64,000 bases of DNA from Dictyostelium discoideum (Eukaryota): positions 1,184,001 to 1,248,000 of the forward strand of contig CM000153.2 of the NCBI GenBank assembly GCA_000004695.1. The letters are read 5' to 3'. A model generated the notes under the pieces. The model had not been told where the DNA came from, searched no databases, and worked only from the letters and a program-made list of their open reading frames with translations. A program made the translations under genes and the position numbers. Every line of letters starts with the position of its first letter. The stretch's first letter is position 1. Shown here one piece after another: positions 41,538 to 55,873 of this stretch.

Positions 41538-41576
<39 letters not shown>

Positions 41577-41736
41577 CCCATCTTGATATATTTTTTAATT
41601 ATATCATGTGTGGTGTTTTTATATAGACCCAGATTGAAATCAAATGTAGCCCCTTTAAATTGTGATATCATCTCACTCATATTTTAATCAAATCAACACA
41701 CTATAAATACCACGCAAAAACCTGATTTGTAAATTT

Positions 41737-41767
<31 letters not shown>

Positions 41768-42126
41768 TTCTATATAAAAATATATTTTTTTTTTAAGATT
41801 TAAAAGTTTTTTTTTTTTTATCTATTTATAACTTTTTTTTTTTTTTTTTTTTTTTAATAAAAAAAAACTTTTTCTTTTTTTTTTTCCTTTATTCAGTGAA
41901 GTTATATATAACGTATATAATTTTTTTTTTTTTTTTATTTAATTATTTTGTTGTTATTGTTATTTTCATTATTACTATTATTGTTAATTATTTTGTTGTT
42001 ATTGCTAATTGTTCCCCCTTATTTTATTTTTTTTTTTTAAAATTTTTTTTTTTTTTTTTTTTTTTAATTATTTTTATTTTTTTTTTTTTTATTTTTTTTT
42101 TAATTAAAAAAAACTAATTTTAGTTT

Positions 42127-42163
<37 letters not shown>

Positions 42164-42342
42164 TTGTTACCAATAGTGCAGACAAAAATCTAAAGATAAA
42201 TTATATAAAACTTAAATAGTAATAAATAATAATCTTTCGAAACACCACAAATAACAATCATCACCATAAAGTTTCTTTACTTTTATAAGTAAAAAAAAAA
42301 AATAAAAAATAAAAATAAAAATAATAAAAAATAAAAATAAAC

Positions 42343-42372
42343 ACACAACACACACACACACACACACACACT
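42343..42372. repeat. (CA)n dinucleotide microsatellite, about 13 units.
   Basis: acacacacacacacacacacacac at about 42345-42370. Confidence 0.85.
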
Positions 42373-42475
42373 CACTCCAACAACAAATAAATAAATTTTT
42401 AATCCATTTCGTAAAAAAAAAAAAAAAAAATAAAAATAAAAATAATAATAATATAAAAATAAATTAAAAATTAAA

Positions 42476-42519
<44 letters not shown>

Positions 42520-43054
42520 GCCCAAAAAAAAAAACCCAAAACCAAAAAAAACCAATTAACAAATTTATAAATTAATACAAATATACTAAATATATATAAA
42601 CTATAGTCTTCACTATTATTATACACAAAATTTAATTATTTAAATTTGTTTAATTTTTTTAAAATTTTTCGTAATTTAATTAAATAATAAAAAAAAAAAA
42701 AAAAAAAACAAAAAAACAAAGCAAAAAAAAATAAAATAAAAAGAAATTAAACAAAAACAGTAACAACAATAATTAAAATAAAAAAAATAATACTAAAATA
42801 GCTTTTTTTTCTAAATTTTTTATATTTTCTTGTTTAAAACACCAAAAACCGTAATTTAAAAAAAGATAAAATTTTTTTTTAAAAAAAAAAAATAAAAAAA
42901 AATCAAAATTAAAAAAATAAAAAAAAACCAAAATTAAAAAAAAAAAAAAATCAAAATTAAAAAAACGAAATAAACGAAACAAATAAATAATAAACAAATA
43001 ATAAATAAATAAATAAATAAATATAAGAGTAAAATTAAATAGATAAAGAAAAAT

Positions 43055-43409
43055 ATGGATTCTGGGTCAACAAAAGTATTATTAAATAGTAGTCACCATC
43101 ATGGTGGTAATAGTCATCATCAATATCATGTTGGTGGTAGCAATGTTAATGTTGGAATGAAGAGAAAATCGACTTCATCAAACAATACTGGAAATTATAT
43201 CTCATCATATATGTCGAATAGTAATGGTGTGGTAAATTATAATACAATGCCAATGGTAGTAACATCTAATCAAACTTCAACAACAACAACAACAGCAACA
43301 ATGATGATGACAAGTGGAGGCTGTGCAAAATGTGGCGGTAAAAAAAGACATTCTAAAACATGTATATATAGAAGAAATGATGATGATGATGTAAGTTTTT
43401 ATTTTTTAT

Positions 43410-43449
<40 letters not shown>

Positions 43450-43727
43450 GATATAAAATAATTAACAAATAATTTAATTTAATTTATTATTATTATTTAT
43501 TTATTTTTTATATTTATAAATAGGCAATTGTACCATCAAAAGATGTAATACAAAGATTGGATGTCGCAGCTTTGAAAAGATATAAAAAACATTATAGATT
43601 AAAAACTAAACACAACTCATCAAAAGCGGAACTTGCAAGTATTGTAAGATCACATTTTGACGGACTTCCAGTAAATGAAGGTGAAATCATCGAAAATTTT
43701 ATGGTTAAAGTTAAAAAAATGGTTTAA
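43055..43727 (+). CDS. SAP30-like protein (Sin3/HDAC complex subunit homologue), about 179 aa. Two exons: 43055..43390, 43524..43727.
   Basis: ATG at 43055. Donor GAT|GTAAGT at 43391, acceptor AAATAG at 43522-43523, phase 0. Exon 2 (AIVPSKDVIQRLDVAALKRYKKHYRLKTKHNSSKAELASIVRSHFDGLPVNEGEIIENFMVKVKKMV) matches the SAP30 C-terminal domain (LDVSALRRYKKHYKLQTRPGFNKAQLAETVSRHFRNIPVNEKETLAYFIYMVKS). Exon 1 has Cys/His residues (CAKCGGKKRHSKTC) in the position of the SAP30 zinc finger. Confidence 0.65.
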
Positions 43728-43742
43728 TTTTTTTTTTTTTTC

Positions 43743-43784
<42 letters not shown>

Positions 43785-43880
43785 TCAAATATATATTTTT
43801 TTTCAAATTATATATATATAAAAAAAATAACTGTATATAGAAAACAATATTAAAATCAATAATAATAAGATTAAACTATA

Positions 43881-43940
43881 AATTAAAATTAAAATTAAAA
43901 TTAAAATTAAAATTAAAATTAAAATTAAATTAAAATTAAC
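43881..43940. repeat. (AAAATT)n hexanucleotide tandem repeat, about 10 units.
   Basis: aaaattaaaattaaaattaaaatt... at 43881-43940. Confidence 0.85.
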
Positions 43941-44685
43941 AACACTAAAATTATAAAAGTAAAAAACCAAATTAAAAAATAAATAATTCTGAAATATAGG
44001 TATACTTATATTTCGGATAAAAAATATATATATATATATATAATTCATTTATATATAAAATTTTGATTAAAAGGAAAAAACTAATTTCTATTTGTGTAGC
44101 TTTATTTAGAAACAATTTTTTTTTTTTTTTTTTACCATTTTACTTTTTTTTTTTATGTTTATAATTATTAAATTTGGGAATAATTTTTACGAAATTGAAA
44201 AGTGATCAGGTGGGGTTGTGTATGATTTTTTTTTATTTTTTTTTTATTTTTTTATTTTTTTTTTTTTATTTTTTTTTTTGTTTGCCATTAATAAAAAAAA
44301 TAAAGTAAATTAGATGATCACAACTCTGAATTTTTAATATTTTATCATAAATTTTAAAAATATGGTATCACCATACAAAAGAACTTTTAAACCACCGGAT
44401 GGCGAAATTATTTTCTTAATTTTTTTATTTTTAATTTTTTTTTTTGAACTAAAAAATATCTTTTTTTTTTTTCTTTTTTTTTTTTTTTTATTTTTTATTT
44501 TTGTTTTATTTTTTTTTTATTTTGATTTAAAATTTTTTTTTTTTTCATTATTGTTATTATTGGTAATCATTGTGTTAAAAATAAAATAAAATAAAAAAAA
44601 ATTAAAAAATTTATTATATAATTTCAAATAAATAAATAAATAAATAAAAAAATAAATCCAAAAATTAAATATTGTAATTATAAAA

Positions 44686-46545
44686 ATGAGTTTACTCTTA
44701 CCATCACCAATTAAAAATTTTGTATATCAATCATTTTTATCATATTCATATTCATTTTTATTTGAAAAATTTTTATCAAAAATTAAATATGGTTATCTTG
44801 TAATTGATATAAAAGATATTTCACATCCAGAATATTTTGGAAAACATTTAAAATATGGAAATGATCAACATGAAATAAAATCAAATATACAAATAACAAA
44901 TTTATATAGATTCTTTGTTAAAGGTAAAAAAATAAAAAAAAAAAATTATTATTATTAATTATCTCAGGGAGACAAATTTAATTAAAATTATAATAATAAT
45001 TAAAAAACTAATATTTTAAAATAATTATTTTTATTTTTTTTTATTTTTTATAGTATTATTTGGTGGAGATATTGGTTTTTCAGAAAGTTTTATTCTTGGA
45101 GACTTCACAAGTGATAATTTAAAAAATTTAATTTATAGTAAGTAATTTCTTTTTTTTTTTTTTATTTTTTATTTTTTATTTTTTTTTAATATGAACCCCC
45201 ATTCGAAACTGCCCCTTTTGCAAAAATTTTTTTTTTTTTTTTTTCCAATCACAAAAAAAAAAAAAACAATTTTATTTTCAAAAAAACAATCTTTGCGCAA
45301 AATATTTGATTGGACAATTTCACAAAAAAAAAAAATCCATTTTTTGATTTTCAAAAAAATTGATTATTTGAAAATTAATTTTTAATCTCAAAACTAATCT
45401 TAAAAAAAATTTTTTTTTTCATTTTATTTTATTTTATTTTTTTATTTTATTTCATTTTATTTTATTTTTAGTTTTTATTATTAATAGAAATGAATTAGAT
45501 AATTTAAATACAAGATGGTCATTTTTAATGGATGGAGTTAATAGATTTGTACATTATTTACATAGAAATACAATTGAAGGTTCAAAAGAAAATATTAAAG
45601 CACATTATGATTTATCAAATGATATGTTTAAATTATTCCTTGATAAAACAATGAGTTATTCTTGCGCATATTTCAACCACAGAGAACAAGACCTTGAAGA
45701 GGCACAATATAATAAAATTAGAAAATTAATTGATCAAGCAAATTTAAAAAAGGATCATCACCTTTTAGAAATTGGTTGTGGTTGGGGTGCACTTGCAATT
45801 GAAGTAAGTCCAAATTTTTTCATTTTCCCCCAATTTTTTTTTTTTTGCAAGGCATGTTAAACTAAAATTTTAAATATTTTTTATTTTTTTATTTTTTTAT
45901 TTTTAGGCAGTAAAAAGAACAGGATGTCGTGTAACTGGTATTAGTTTATCACAAGAACAATTGAAATATGGTCGTGAGAGAGTAAAGGAGGAGGGATTAG
46001 AGGACCGTATTGATTTACAGTATATTGATTATCGTAATGTTGTTGGACAATTTGATAGTATTATAAGTTGTGAAATGTTGGAGGCAGTTGGTTATGAAAA
46101 TTATAAAACTTATTTTCAATCTGTTGAAAGATTATTAAAACCAAATGGTGTATTGGTTTTACAATTCATTACATTTAAAGACCAAGATTTTGAAGGACTT
46201 AAAAAACGTTGTGATTTCATTCAAAAATATATATTCCCAGGTGGTCTTTTACCATCGATTACGGCCGTTATCAATTCTGCTACAGAGAATTCAAATTTGG
46301 TTTTACAAAATTCTGTTACTTTTGGTACCCATTATGCGTTAACTTTAGATATTTGGAGAAACAATTTCTTTTCAAATAAAGAGAAAATCCTAAATCTAAA
46401 AGGTGGTTTTAATCAACAATTCATAAATTTATTTGATTATTACTTTTGTTATTGTTCCGCTGCTTTTGATACTAGAACTATAAATTTAATTCAAATGCAA
46501 TTTTCAAGACCTTGTAATATAGATAATTTAAATGATTTTAATTAA
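44686..46545 (+). CDS. Cyclopropane-fatty-acyl-phospholipid synthase-like SAM-dependent methyltransferase (CFA synthase / mycolic acid cyclopropane synthase family), about 426 aa. Four exons: 44686..44923, 45054..45141, 45488..45803, 45907..46545.
   Basis: ATG at 44686. Donors GTAAAA (44924), GTAATT (45142), GTAAGT (45804). Acceptors TATAG (45053), AATAG (45487), TTTAG (45906), with all phases consistent. Matches E. coli Cfa: FFVKVLFGGDIGFSESFILGDF ~ FFKRVLQEGSLGLGESYMDGWW; HYDLSNDMFKLFLDKTMSYSCAYF ~ HYDLGNDLFSRMLDPFMQYSCAYW; LLEIGCGWGALAIE (SAM motif I); ISCEMLEAVGYENYKTYF; KYIFPGGLLPS. Confidence 0.8.
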
Positions 46546-48017
46546 TTAAAAAAAAAAAAAAAAATTAAAAAATTAAAAAATTTTAAAAAAAAAATAATAA
46601 TAATAATAATAATAAAGAAAATAAAAAAAATAATAATAATAAAAATAAAAATAATAATTAATTAATTTTTAAAAAAATAATAATAATAATGGTTTAACTT
46701 CCTTTTATAAGGATTTTATTTTATTTTTTAATTTTAAAATTTTAAATTTTTTTATTTTTATTTTTAATTTTTTTTTTTTTTTTTCTTAATAAAAAGTATT
46801 GTTTTTTTTTTAGATCTTTTATATAAAATGAAATAAAATTGACTATAAAGTTAACTTTTTTTTTTTTTTTTATTTTTTTTATTTTTTTAATTTTTTTTTT
46901 TTTTATTTTTTTTTTTTCATATTTTTTTTATATTTTTTTTTTTCCTCCTTCTTGAATTCTGTTCCATTCAATGCACACTATAATATGTATGTATTTAATT
47001 ATCTTTTATTTTAATTTTTTAAAAATTTTTTTTTTTATTATTTTTAATTTTTTTTTTTTAAAAAAATAATAGTTATATAAATTTTAATACCCTATTTTTT
47101 AAATTTTTAAAAAATTATTTTTTTATTATTGTTATTTATTTATTTCTTATAATTTTAATAAAGAAATTAAAAAAAACAAAAAAAAAAAAAAATAACAAAA
47201 AACTAATTTGCAAAGGTGTGATTTTGTACTTTTAAAAAGTTTTTAATTTAAAAATTTATTGTGGTTGTTATTCCATCCAAATTTCAAACTTCCATACATA
47301 CTAACCGTAACAATTTTTTTTTTTTTTAAAATAAATAAAAAAATAATTAGTAACACTTTAAAATCACTTTTTTTAGAAATCATACCAAATCAAATCAAAT
47401 CAAATAAAATAAAATATAATAAAATCAAACCTGGTTTAGGTCTTTAAAATATGAGTGGTATGTATTTATATGGGAACATTTAACCCTGGTTATTTTTGTT
47501 TTTTTTTAATTTTATTTTTTTTTATTTTATTTTTTATTTTTTATTTTTTTTTTTTTTGTGAAAATTTTTACAAAATGTTTAATTAAATTATATTAAAACT
47601 ATTTTTTTTTTTTTTTTTATTATTATAATTTATTAATAAACTATAGAACCAACAATAGCAAACAATAACTAAACAATAGATTAATAGGATTTCCTTTCAA
47701 TAAATATTTAAAAATAGTAATAACACTTTAATAATTTTTTTTTTTTTTTGAACTTCATAAAATACACATATTTATACATTTTAAAATATCTCATTTATAC
47801 CATAAAATTAAATATTAGCAATATAGTAACAATAACAACACCTTAACAACTACAAAAAAACCCAAATAATAGTACTTTAAAATAACATTTGTATTAATAG
47901 TTTTTTAATATATATGTATAATTATTTTACATACAAAAAAATTAATATATATTTTTAACACAAACAAACACACACACCAACAACAAACACACACTCTTTG
48001 TAATTTGAAATTTATAA

Positions 48018-48052
<35 letters not shown>

Positions 48053-48304
48053 AAAAAAAAAAAAAACAAAAAAAAAAAACAACAAACAAAATACCAATTA
48101 AATTTGAATAGAACAATAAAAAAAAAAAATATAAAAAAAAAATATAATAAAACAATTATCCACATTATTAATAATAAAAATAACAAAACAATAAATTAAT
48201 AATAAAATTAAAATTTAGTAAAATTAAATAAAAAAAAAAAAATAATAATAAAAAAAAAAAAATAATAATAAAAAAAAAAAAAAAAAACAGTAAAATAATA
48301 TAAA

Positions 48305-48810
48305 ATGGAGGTTTCTATAAAGTCATCCTTGGAAAAATATAATAACCAACAGCAAAGAAAACAAAGTATTGGAAATAATGTAAATAATAATAATAATAAT
48401 AATAGTAATAGTAATAATAAAGAAGAATATAATAACCAAATAAATGATTCCGATATAATAACGGAATATCAACCAAAAATAATAAACAGAGGATTTAATA
48501 TTGATGGAGATTCTTCTATAGACCACATAAATCCCAACAGTAATGAAAAAATTAATAATAACACTTGTTTTAATAATAGTAATAATAATAATAATTTAAA
48601 TAAAAGGAATTCGAATGAATTTAAACCTTATTCAATTGATAAAGATGAAGCAAAAAATATATTATCAAACCAAATTGAACAAAGAGAAAGAGAAATTAAA
48701 AGACAAACAAAGTTAGCTGAGAAAGATAAAAAAGATTCTTTAGTTTATGTGAATTATATAAAGGGTAGGTCGTAAATTAATTATTTCCCCCCACCACCAT
48801 ATTCAATACT

Positions 48811-48843
<33 letters not shown>

Positions 48844-50688
48844 CCTTCAAAAAATTAAAATTTTAGAATATAGAGAGCAATTAGATGGATACATAAAGGA
48901 CTTTTATGAGGATGTAGATGAAGAATATATAAATGGAATAAGTAGAGCACCATCAACACCCTCTACACCTTCAAATTCTATTACCACCACCACCACCACA
49001 AATACTACAACAAACACTGCAACATCTACACCAACAACATCACCTATACCATCACCACCATCTAATGATAATTTATTAATTGAAAAGGATATACATAAGA
49101 GAAGAAGTTATATTTTAGAGAGATCATCTGCCTTATCAAATATAGAAGGTACTTCAATTCAATCACCATTTCAACCATTTTCACCAATAACATTTTTAAA
49201 TCAATCACCACAATCTACTGTATCTGACACTGTTTTAGGTAAATCACCACCCTTAACTTCATTATCTTTTTGGGATTCACCAATTCAAAAAAGCACACCA
49301 CTTTCTGGTGGTGTTAATAATAATAGTAACAGTGGTACACCTAATATAAATGGAACTAATAATATACCTCCAACAATTTCTCCAATAATGGAACATGAGC
49401 AACAATCTACTCAACATCCAGAACAATTTCATAAAAATCAACAACAAAAACAACATTCTGAATTATCACCTTCTGCCATACCGACTATACCATTGGTTGC
49501 ACAACAACCAATTGAAATAAATGTACAACCAACAACGACAACAACGACAACAACAACAACAAACACAACAACAAATAATAATGATAGTAATGATAATAAT
49601 AGTAATAATGATAATAATAATAAAAATAATAATAAAGATGAAAAAGAAACTGTTTCATTATTAGTTAGCTCTTATCAAAATAAAGATAGTGAATTAGAAA
49701 GAGTTTTTAATAGAGCAAATGCAGAATCAGCAAGATCAAAACTATTGAAATCTAAATTTGAAGAATTATCACAATTGGTTCATTCTGAAAGAAGTTTTTG
49801 GACATCAATTGTTGAGAAGAGAAGAAAAGAAGTGGATCACAAAGAGAAAGAAATCAATAGACTATTGATGGTTGCAGAGAATCAAAAAAAGAAATTGATG
49901 GATTGTACAGATCAAATTACAAAATTAAAGAAATCTTTAAATTCAATCTGTCAAATTAGAGAGAATTCAGTTGTTGATATTAAAAAAATTAATGATAGAT
50001 TTTCATTTGAATCATTGAGTAATTCACCTGGTCCAACTAGTAGTTCTTCTTCATCCTCCTCTTCATCTATTGGTAGTCATGGAGCAAATCAACAACCTAG
50101 TAGTAGCCATCATCACCATCATCATAATCACCATCATCATCATCATCATCCTCATGGTAGTCATCATTATTCAAAATCAATTTCACCAAATAAATTATTT
50201 TCACCTCAACAATTTCATTCACCAAAAAATTCTTGTAATAATAATAATAATAATATAAATGTTTATAATACTGAAGAAAAGAAAGAGTTGGTAAATTTAT
50301 TATCATTATCAGAGAAAAAAGATGACGAAATTAGAAGAATTAAAGATATTATAGAATATGATACATTTAAAACCGTTTTTTTCTCCAATAAAGTAAATGA
50401 ACTAAAATTGTTATTAGAGGAAGAGGGTAGACAAGTAGATAGTCTCCAAAATCAATCAATGTTGGAAATAAAGGAAAAAGATGATGCAATTTTTAGAGTT
50501 GCTTTAAGAGCTCAAAAAGAAAGATTAAAATCAAATCAATTAAAAGATGAAATTAAAAGATTATCAAGAGCACTTTATCAAGATACAATTAAAAATAAAT
50601 CGAATAATAATAATAATAACAATACGAATAGTAGTAATACCTCCACCACAACCACCACTATCAATAATAGTAGTAATAGTGCTAATAG

Positions 50689-50720
<32 letters not shown>

Positions 50721-50722
50721 AC

Positions 50723-50764
<42 letters not shown>

Positions 50765-51646
50765 TCTAGTGTTAACAATAATATGATTAATAAAAATATT
50801 AAATCACCAGAATTAGAACCAGTATTTATGGAGATGGGGGATCTAAAACAATTCCAAGACCTTTCATTAAATCAATATTGTGATGAGAATATATTATCAA
50901 CCTATATACTTGGAAATGCTTGTCCACGAATGACTCCTCCCCACCAAGGCCATAATCGTAATAATAGCCAACAACAACTCTACCCAATTTCTGCAAATCC
51001 ACAACAACAACCATTGATTCCTCCAACAATCCTATCACAATCTCCTCAAAAATATACACCAACAAATCACCATCATCACCATCATTTAAACCCTTGTTTA
51101 TCACCAAGATATAGTTATAATACTTTATCTCCAACTCAACAACCAATTAATACAAGTGTTAATAATAATAACAATATAATACAACAAAGATCAAATTCAA
51201 TTTCTTCTTCAATTAATATACCATCATCAATTAGAAGATCATTTAGTCATGATAATATAAATGGTAATGGTAATGGTAATAATGTTGGAAATGTGAATGG
51301 ATCGTCATCTTCTTTATCAAATACTACATCAGCCTTTAGTCCAAATGTTGTATCAAATAGTTATGGAAGTAATGGTAGCAGTGGTTGTAATAGCATTAGT
51401 AGTATGAGTAGTATGATGATGATGATGAGTGGTGGTAACCAACAATTTTTAATTGGTTCACCCTCTGAAATGATAATGCATAAACTAAAAGAGATTGAAA
51501 GATTAAATAAAGAAGCAATTCAAAAAGATCAAGAATTGAATCAAGTTAAAAAGATTGCTGAGGCTGAAAGATCAAGATTATGTCTTTTGAAGGATAAATA
51601 TAAAGAAGTTCGAAATGAATTGATTGAAAAAGAATTAGTAAAATAA
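48305..51646 (+). CDS. Low-complexity coiled-coil protein, about 1,080 aa, with poly-Thr, poly-Asn and a His-rich tract. Two exons: 48305..48764, 48867..51646.
   Basis: ATG at 48305. Donor AAGG|GTAGGT at 48765, acceptor TTTTAG at 48865-48866, phase 1, which joins ORF 48305..48775 to the long frame containing track ORF 49388..51646 (the frame is open upstream of the track's M). Features: SSHHHHHHNHHHHHHHPHGSHHY, and coiled-coil segments (EKRRKEVDHKEKEINRLLMVAENQKKKLMD...; EMIMHKLKEIERLNKEAIQKDQELNQVKKIAEAERSRL). No homology recognised. Confidence 0.55.
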
Positions 51647-51915
51647 TCGTTACGAAAATTTAACTAAAACTTTTTTTAAAAAAAAAAAAATCTCAACTTT
51701 ATATTTAAATATCATATCATCATCAATATATAACATATACCACATATTTATAACTCTCCCCACCCTTTTTGTACATTTTATAATTTATAACTTTTTTTTT
51801 TTTTTTAAACCAAAAAAAAACATAATAAAAAATTTTTGATTTTTCCATCAAAACACAACCTTTTTTTTATTTTTTTTTTTTTAATTTTTTTTATTTTTTT
51901 TTAGTCTTGTAAAAA

Positions 51916-53148
51916 ATGAATGATTCACCAATAATAAGTGTAGTTTTACCTTTTTTAATAAAGGACAATGACGATAAATCATTAAATTACCAAGGAATAA
52001 ATAATTTAATAATATCAATAGATAGCATTATTGAACAAACTTTTAAAGAATGGGAATTAATTTTAGTTGATGATGGATCAAATAATGAAATTTTGGAGCA
52101 ATTACTTTCAAAAAGATATAGTACAGATAATAGAATTAAATTCATAATAAATAAAGAGAATAAAGGTATTGTTAAAAGTTTAAATGATGCAATTTTAAAT
52201 CATTGTTCACCAACTTCAAAATATATTGCTCGTATGGATTCTGATGATATTTCTCATCCAACAAGATTACAATCTCAACTTAAATATCTTCAATCAAATG
52301 AAACAATTGATATATTAGGTTGTCCAATTAAAATGTTTAATAATAATAAATTAATTGAAATTTTAAATAATAATAATAATAATAATAATATTAATAATAA
52401 TGTGAAAGAGTTAATTAATATAATTAATAATGAAGAATCTTTTAAATTTATTCAACATCCTGATAAAGATATTTTAATGTGGTCAATGTTTTTCAATTGT
52501 TGTATTGTTCACCCTTCTGTAATATTTAAAAGATCGATATTCACTATTGAACATTGTTATGAAGAAAACAACCAATTTCCATTCATTGAAGATTACTTAT
52601 TTTGGTTAAAATCCTTAATAATGAAAGGTTTAAATATTTCAAATATCCAATCATCAACACCATTACTATATTTAAGAAAACATAATAACTCTATATCTTT
52701 TAAAAATATTGAAAAACAAAAAGATTCCACTGCTAATGCATCTTGTTATTATCTAAATATACTTTTTAAAAGATTTAATATTGATTCTGAAATTATTCAA
52801 AATTCTTCACTCTCAATGAAAGAAATTATTCAGTTCTTTCAACTTTCACCATCATCTTTATCAAAAATCAATAATATTTCAATTGAATTATTTGAATTTG
52901 CATTTAAATATCTAGAATTAATTGAAAAATCATGTACAAAACAACAACCAAACTATTCAAACAGTATAAAAGATGCAGCAAATGAAAAAATGGGTGAATT
53001 AGTATCTTTATGTTTATCAAATTATCCAAATAATCAAAAATCATCATTACTTTGGGAAAAATGGTTATCAAGAAATCCAACCTCACAATTACTATCACTT
53101 TTATCAAATTTAAATGTAAAATCTTCAACTACTATAATTAATAATAAT

Positions 53149-53238
<90 letters not shown>

Positions 53239-54225
53239 TCAATTTTAAATTTTATATCTGGCATTAATAGTAATAAAATAAATACTCCAAAATCTAATAA
53301 TAATAAATTTAAAGAAAATGGAATTAGAATAATTTGTTTCTCAAAAGATAGAGCATTTCAATTAAAAGAATATCTTAGAACATTTTTTAAATATTTAAAA
53401 AATGATGATAATGGAAATGATAAATTTGAAATTATTGTTGATGTATTATTTACATATTCAAATGAGAAATTCAAAAACTCTTATCAATTAGTTATTGAAA
53501 GTTTTCCACAAGTTAATTTTATTAAAGAAGAGAATTTCACTGATCAATTAATTAATTTAGTTCAAAAAACAAATAAACTTGAATATGTCATGTTTTCAGT
53601 TGATGATATTCTTTATTATAATGAATTCAATCTCAAAGAATATTGTTTATCTTTGAATAGTGAGCCATTGGCATTAGGTTTCTATATGAAGTTAAATAAA
53701 AATATTACCTATTGTCATACTTGTAATCAAGATATAACAATACCATTAAATTCAAATACTATTAGTAGAACAGAGAATAATTTTAAATATTTAAAATGGA
53801 ATAGAAATGATAATGATTGTAAAAAGGATTGGAATTATCCATGGGATTTATGTTCAACCATTTATAGATGTAATGATATTGATTCAATCATTAATGGTAT
53901 AGTTAAATATTATGGAATTAGAAATGGTATTAATCATCCAAATAGATTCGAATTCAATGGTAATAGACCAATCATTCAAAAGCAAATCTATCAAAATAAA
54001 CCCTACTGTTTATGTTTATCAGATCACTATTCTCCAATGTCTGTTGTAACTATTAATAGAGTTCAAGATGTCTATGATAATCCAATTTATGACCAAACCC
54101 TATCTTTAGATGATTTAGATCAATTACTTTATTCAAACAAATCATTAAATGATGAAAAATATAAAGAAAATAGTTTATCTTTAAATTTTAAAAGTGTTCA
54201 TATTGGTGAACTTTTTATTTCTTAA
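51916..54225 (+). CDS. pgtA: Bifunctional glycosyltransferase, 769 aa, single exon. The N-terminal domain is GT2-like (VVLPF...ILVDDGS...RMDSDDIS) followed by a second C-terminal domain. This is a candidate for Skp1 beta3-GalT/alpha2-FucT PgtA.
   Basis: Intact 2.3-kb ORF from the ATG at 51916. GT-A signature motifs (the nucleotide-binding DDGS and the DxD-like DSDD) are visible. The protein length and two-domain layout match what I recall of D. discoideum PgtA (768 aa), and it neighbours rab1A, but the identity is from memory and not verified. Confidence 0.6.
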
Positions 54226-54277
54226 TTTAAAAATAAAAAAATATAAAATATAAAATATAAAAATGATATTTAAATAC

Positions 54278-54311
<34 letters not shown>

Positions 54312-54327
54312 TTAATTTTAAATTTAT

Positions 54328-55107
54328 TTATTGTGGTTTAATTTTATTAACACCAACCATAGCTGGTCTCACTAAACGATCATGTAATTTATAACCTTGT
54401 TTAACTACGTGACCAACAGTATTATTTTCTTTAGTTGGATCATTGAGTTCAAAGATTGCATGATGATTGTTGAAATCGAATTTTTCACCGATTGGATTGA
54501 AACGTTGTAAACCTTGATTACCCATAATCTTTAAAAACAATTGTTCTGTCATTTTAACACCTTCATGTAAATCTTTTAATTCTTTGTTTTCATCTAATTT
54601 CTCCTTTGGGAATAAATTGGTTGCCATTTCTAATTGATCGACGACTTCTAATAATTCCTTTGTAAATGATTGAATACCAAATTTCTTTGCTTTTTCATTA
54701 TCTTCCTTTGCAAATCTACGAACATTCTCTCTATCAGCTGCGGTATATAATAATTGTTTTTTAGTTTCTTCTAATTCTTCTTTTAATTTTTCAATGGTTT
54801 CCTCCAATGATCCTGGTGCTGGTTTATTTTCAGTCTCTTCTGGTTTTGCTGCTTCTTGATTATTTTCAGTTGAATAAAATCTATTATTTCTCATTAATCC
54901 AAAACTTGATGGTTTCTATTTATTTATTTTTTTAAAAATAAAAATAAAAATAATAAACAAAGTTAATAATTATTTGATTTATTTTTTTTTTTTAAAAAAA
55001 AAATTATTTAATTATAAATAATATTTTATTTTTATTTTTTTTATAAAACTTACAATAACAGTTGAGGTACGGATTGAAACAAGACCACGTCTAATTAAAG
55101 AGTTCAT
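54328..55107 (-). CDS. grpE: Mitochondrial GrpE (Mge1) nucleotide-exchange factor for mtHsp70, about 213 aa. Two exons: 55107..55054, 54915..54328.
   Basis: Exon 1 (MNSLIRRGLVSIRTSTVI) is an Arg/Ser-rich presequence. Donor ATT|GTAAGT (revcomp ACTTAC at 55048-55053). Acceptor AAATAG (54916-54917), in frame with ORF 54328..54894. GrpE core: LLYTAADRENVRRFAKEDNEKAKKFGIQSFTKELLEVVDQLE ... NTVGHVVKQGYKLHDRLVRPAMVGV. Confidence 0.8.
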
Positions 55108-55707
55108 TTTATTTATTTTAAATATATGTGTGTATATATTTTGATACTATTTTTATTATTTGAGCTAATTTTCGTAAATGAAAAAAAGAAAAATGAAAAA
55201 CACTTGAAAAAAATTTTTTTTCATTTTTTTTTTTTTTTTTATTTTATTTTTTTTTTATTTTTATTTTTTATAAAATTTTCATTAATTTTCAATTATTTTT
55301 TTATTAAAAATAAATCTAAAATAAATCTTAAACTTAATACTTTTTTTTTTTTGTTTATTTTTAGTTTTTTTATTTTATTTTATTTTTTTAGTTTTTTTTT
55401 ATATCTTGATTATAATTTTTTTAAAAATTATTATTATGTTTAATATTGATTATTTAATTAATATTATTTAATTATTAATTAAAAACCAGGGTCAACGAAT
55501 TTCACCTATCGTTTTTTTTTTTTAATTTTTTTTTTTTTTGTCAAAGGATTCGTCTAGATTTGCTGTCATTTGACAAAAAAAAAAAAAAAAAAGAAAAATT
55601 AATGAAATTTAAAATAATAATAGAGACCTTTGATTAAAAACTAGATTTTATTTTTCTATTTTTTTCTTTTTATTAAAAGATTTTTTTAATTACATATATG
55701 TACATTG

Positions 55708-55774
<67 letters not shown>

Positions 55775-55873
55775 TATAATTTTTTTTAAAAATTAAATTT
55801 CCTTTTTTGAAATAACCAAATATATTTGAGAAAAATGATAAAAAAAAAACTACATCCAAGAATCTTGATAGTT

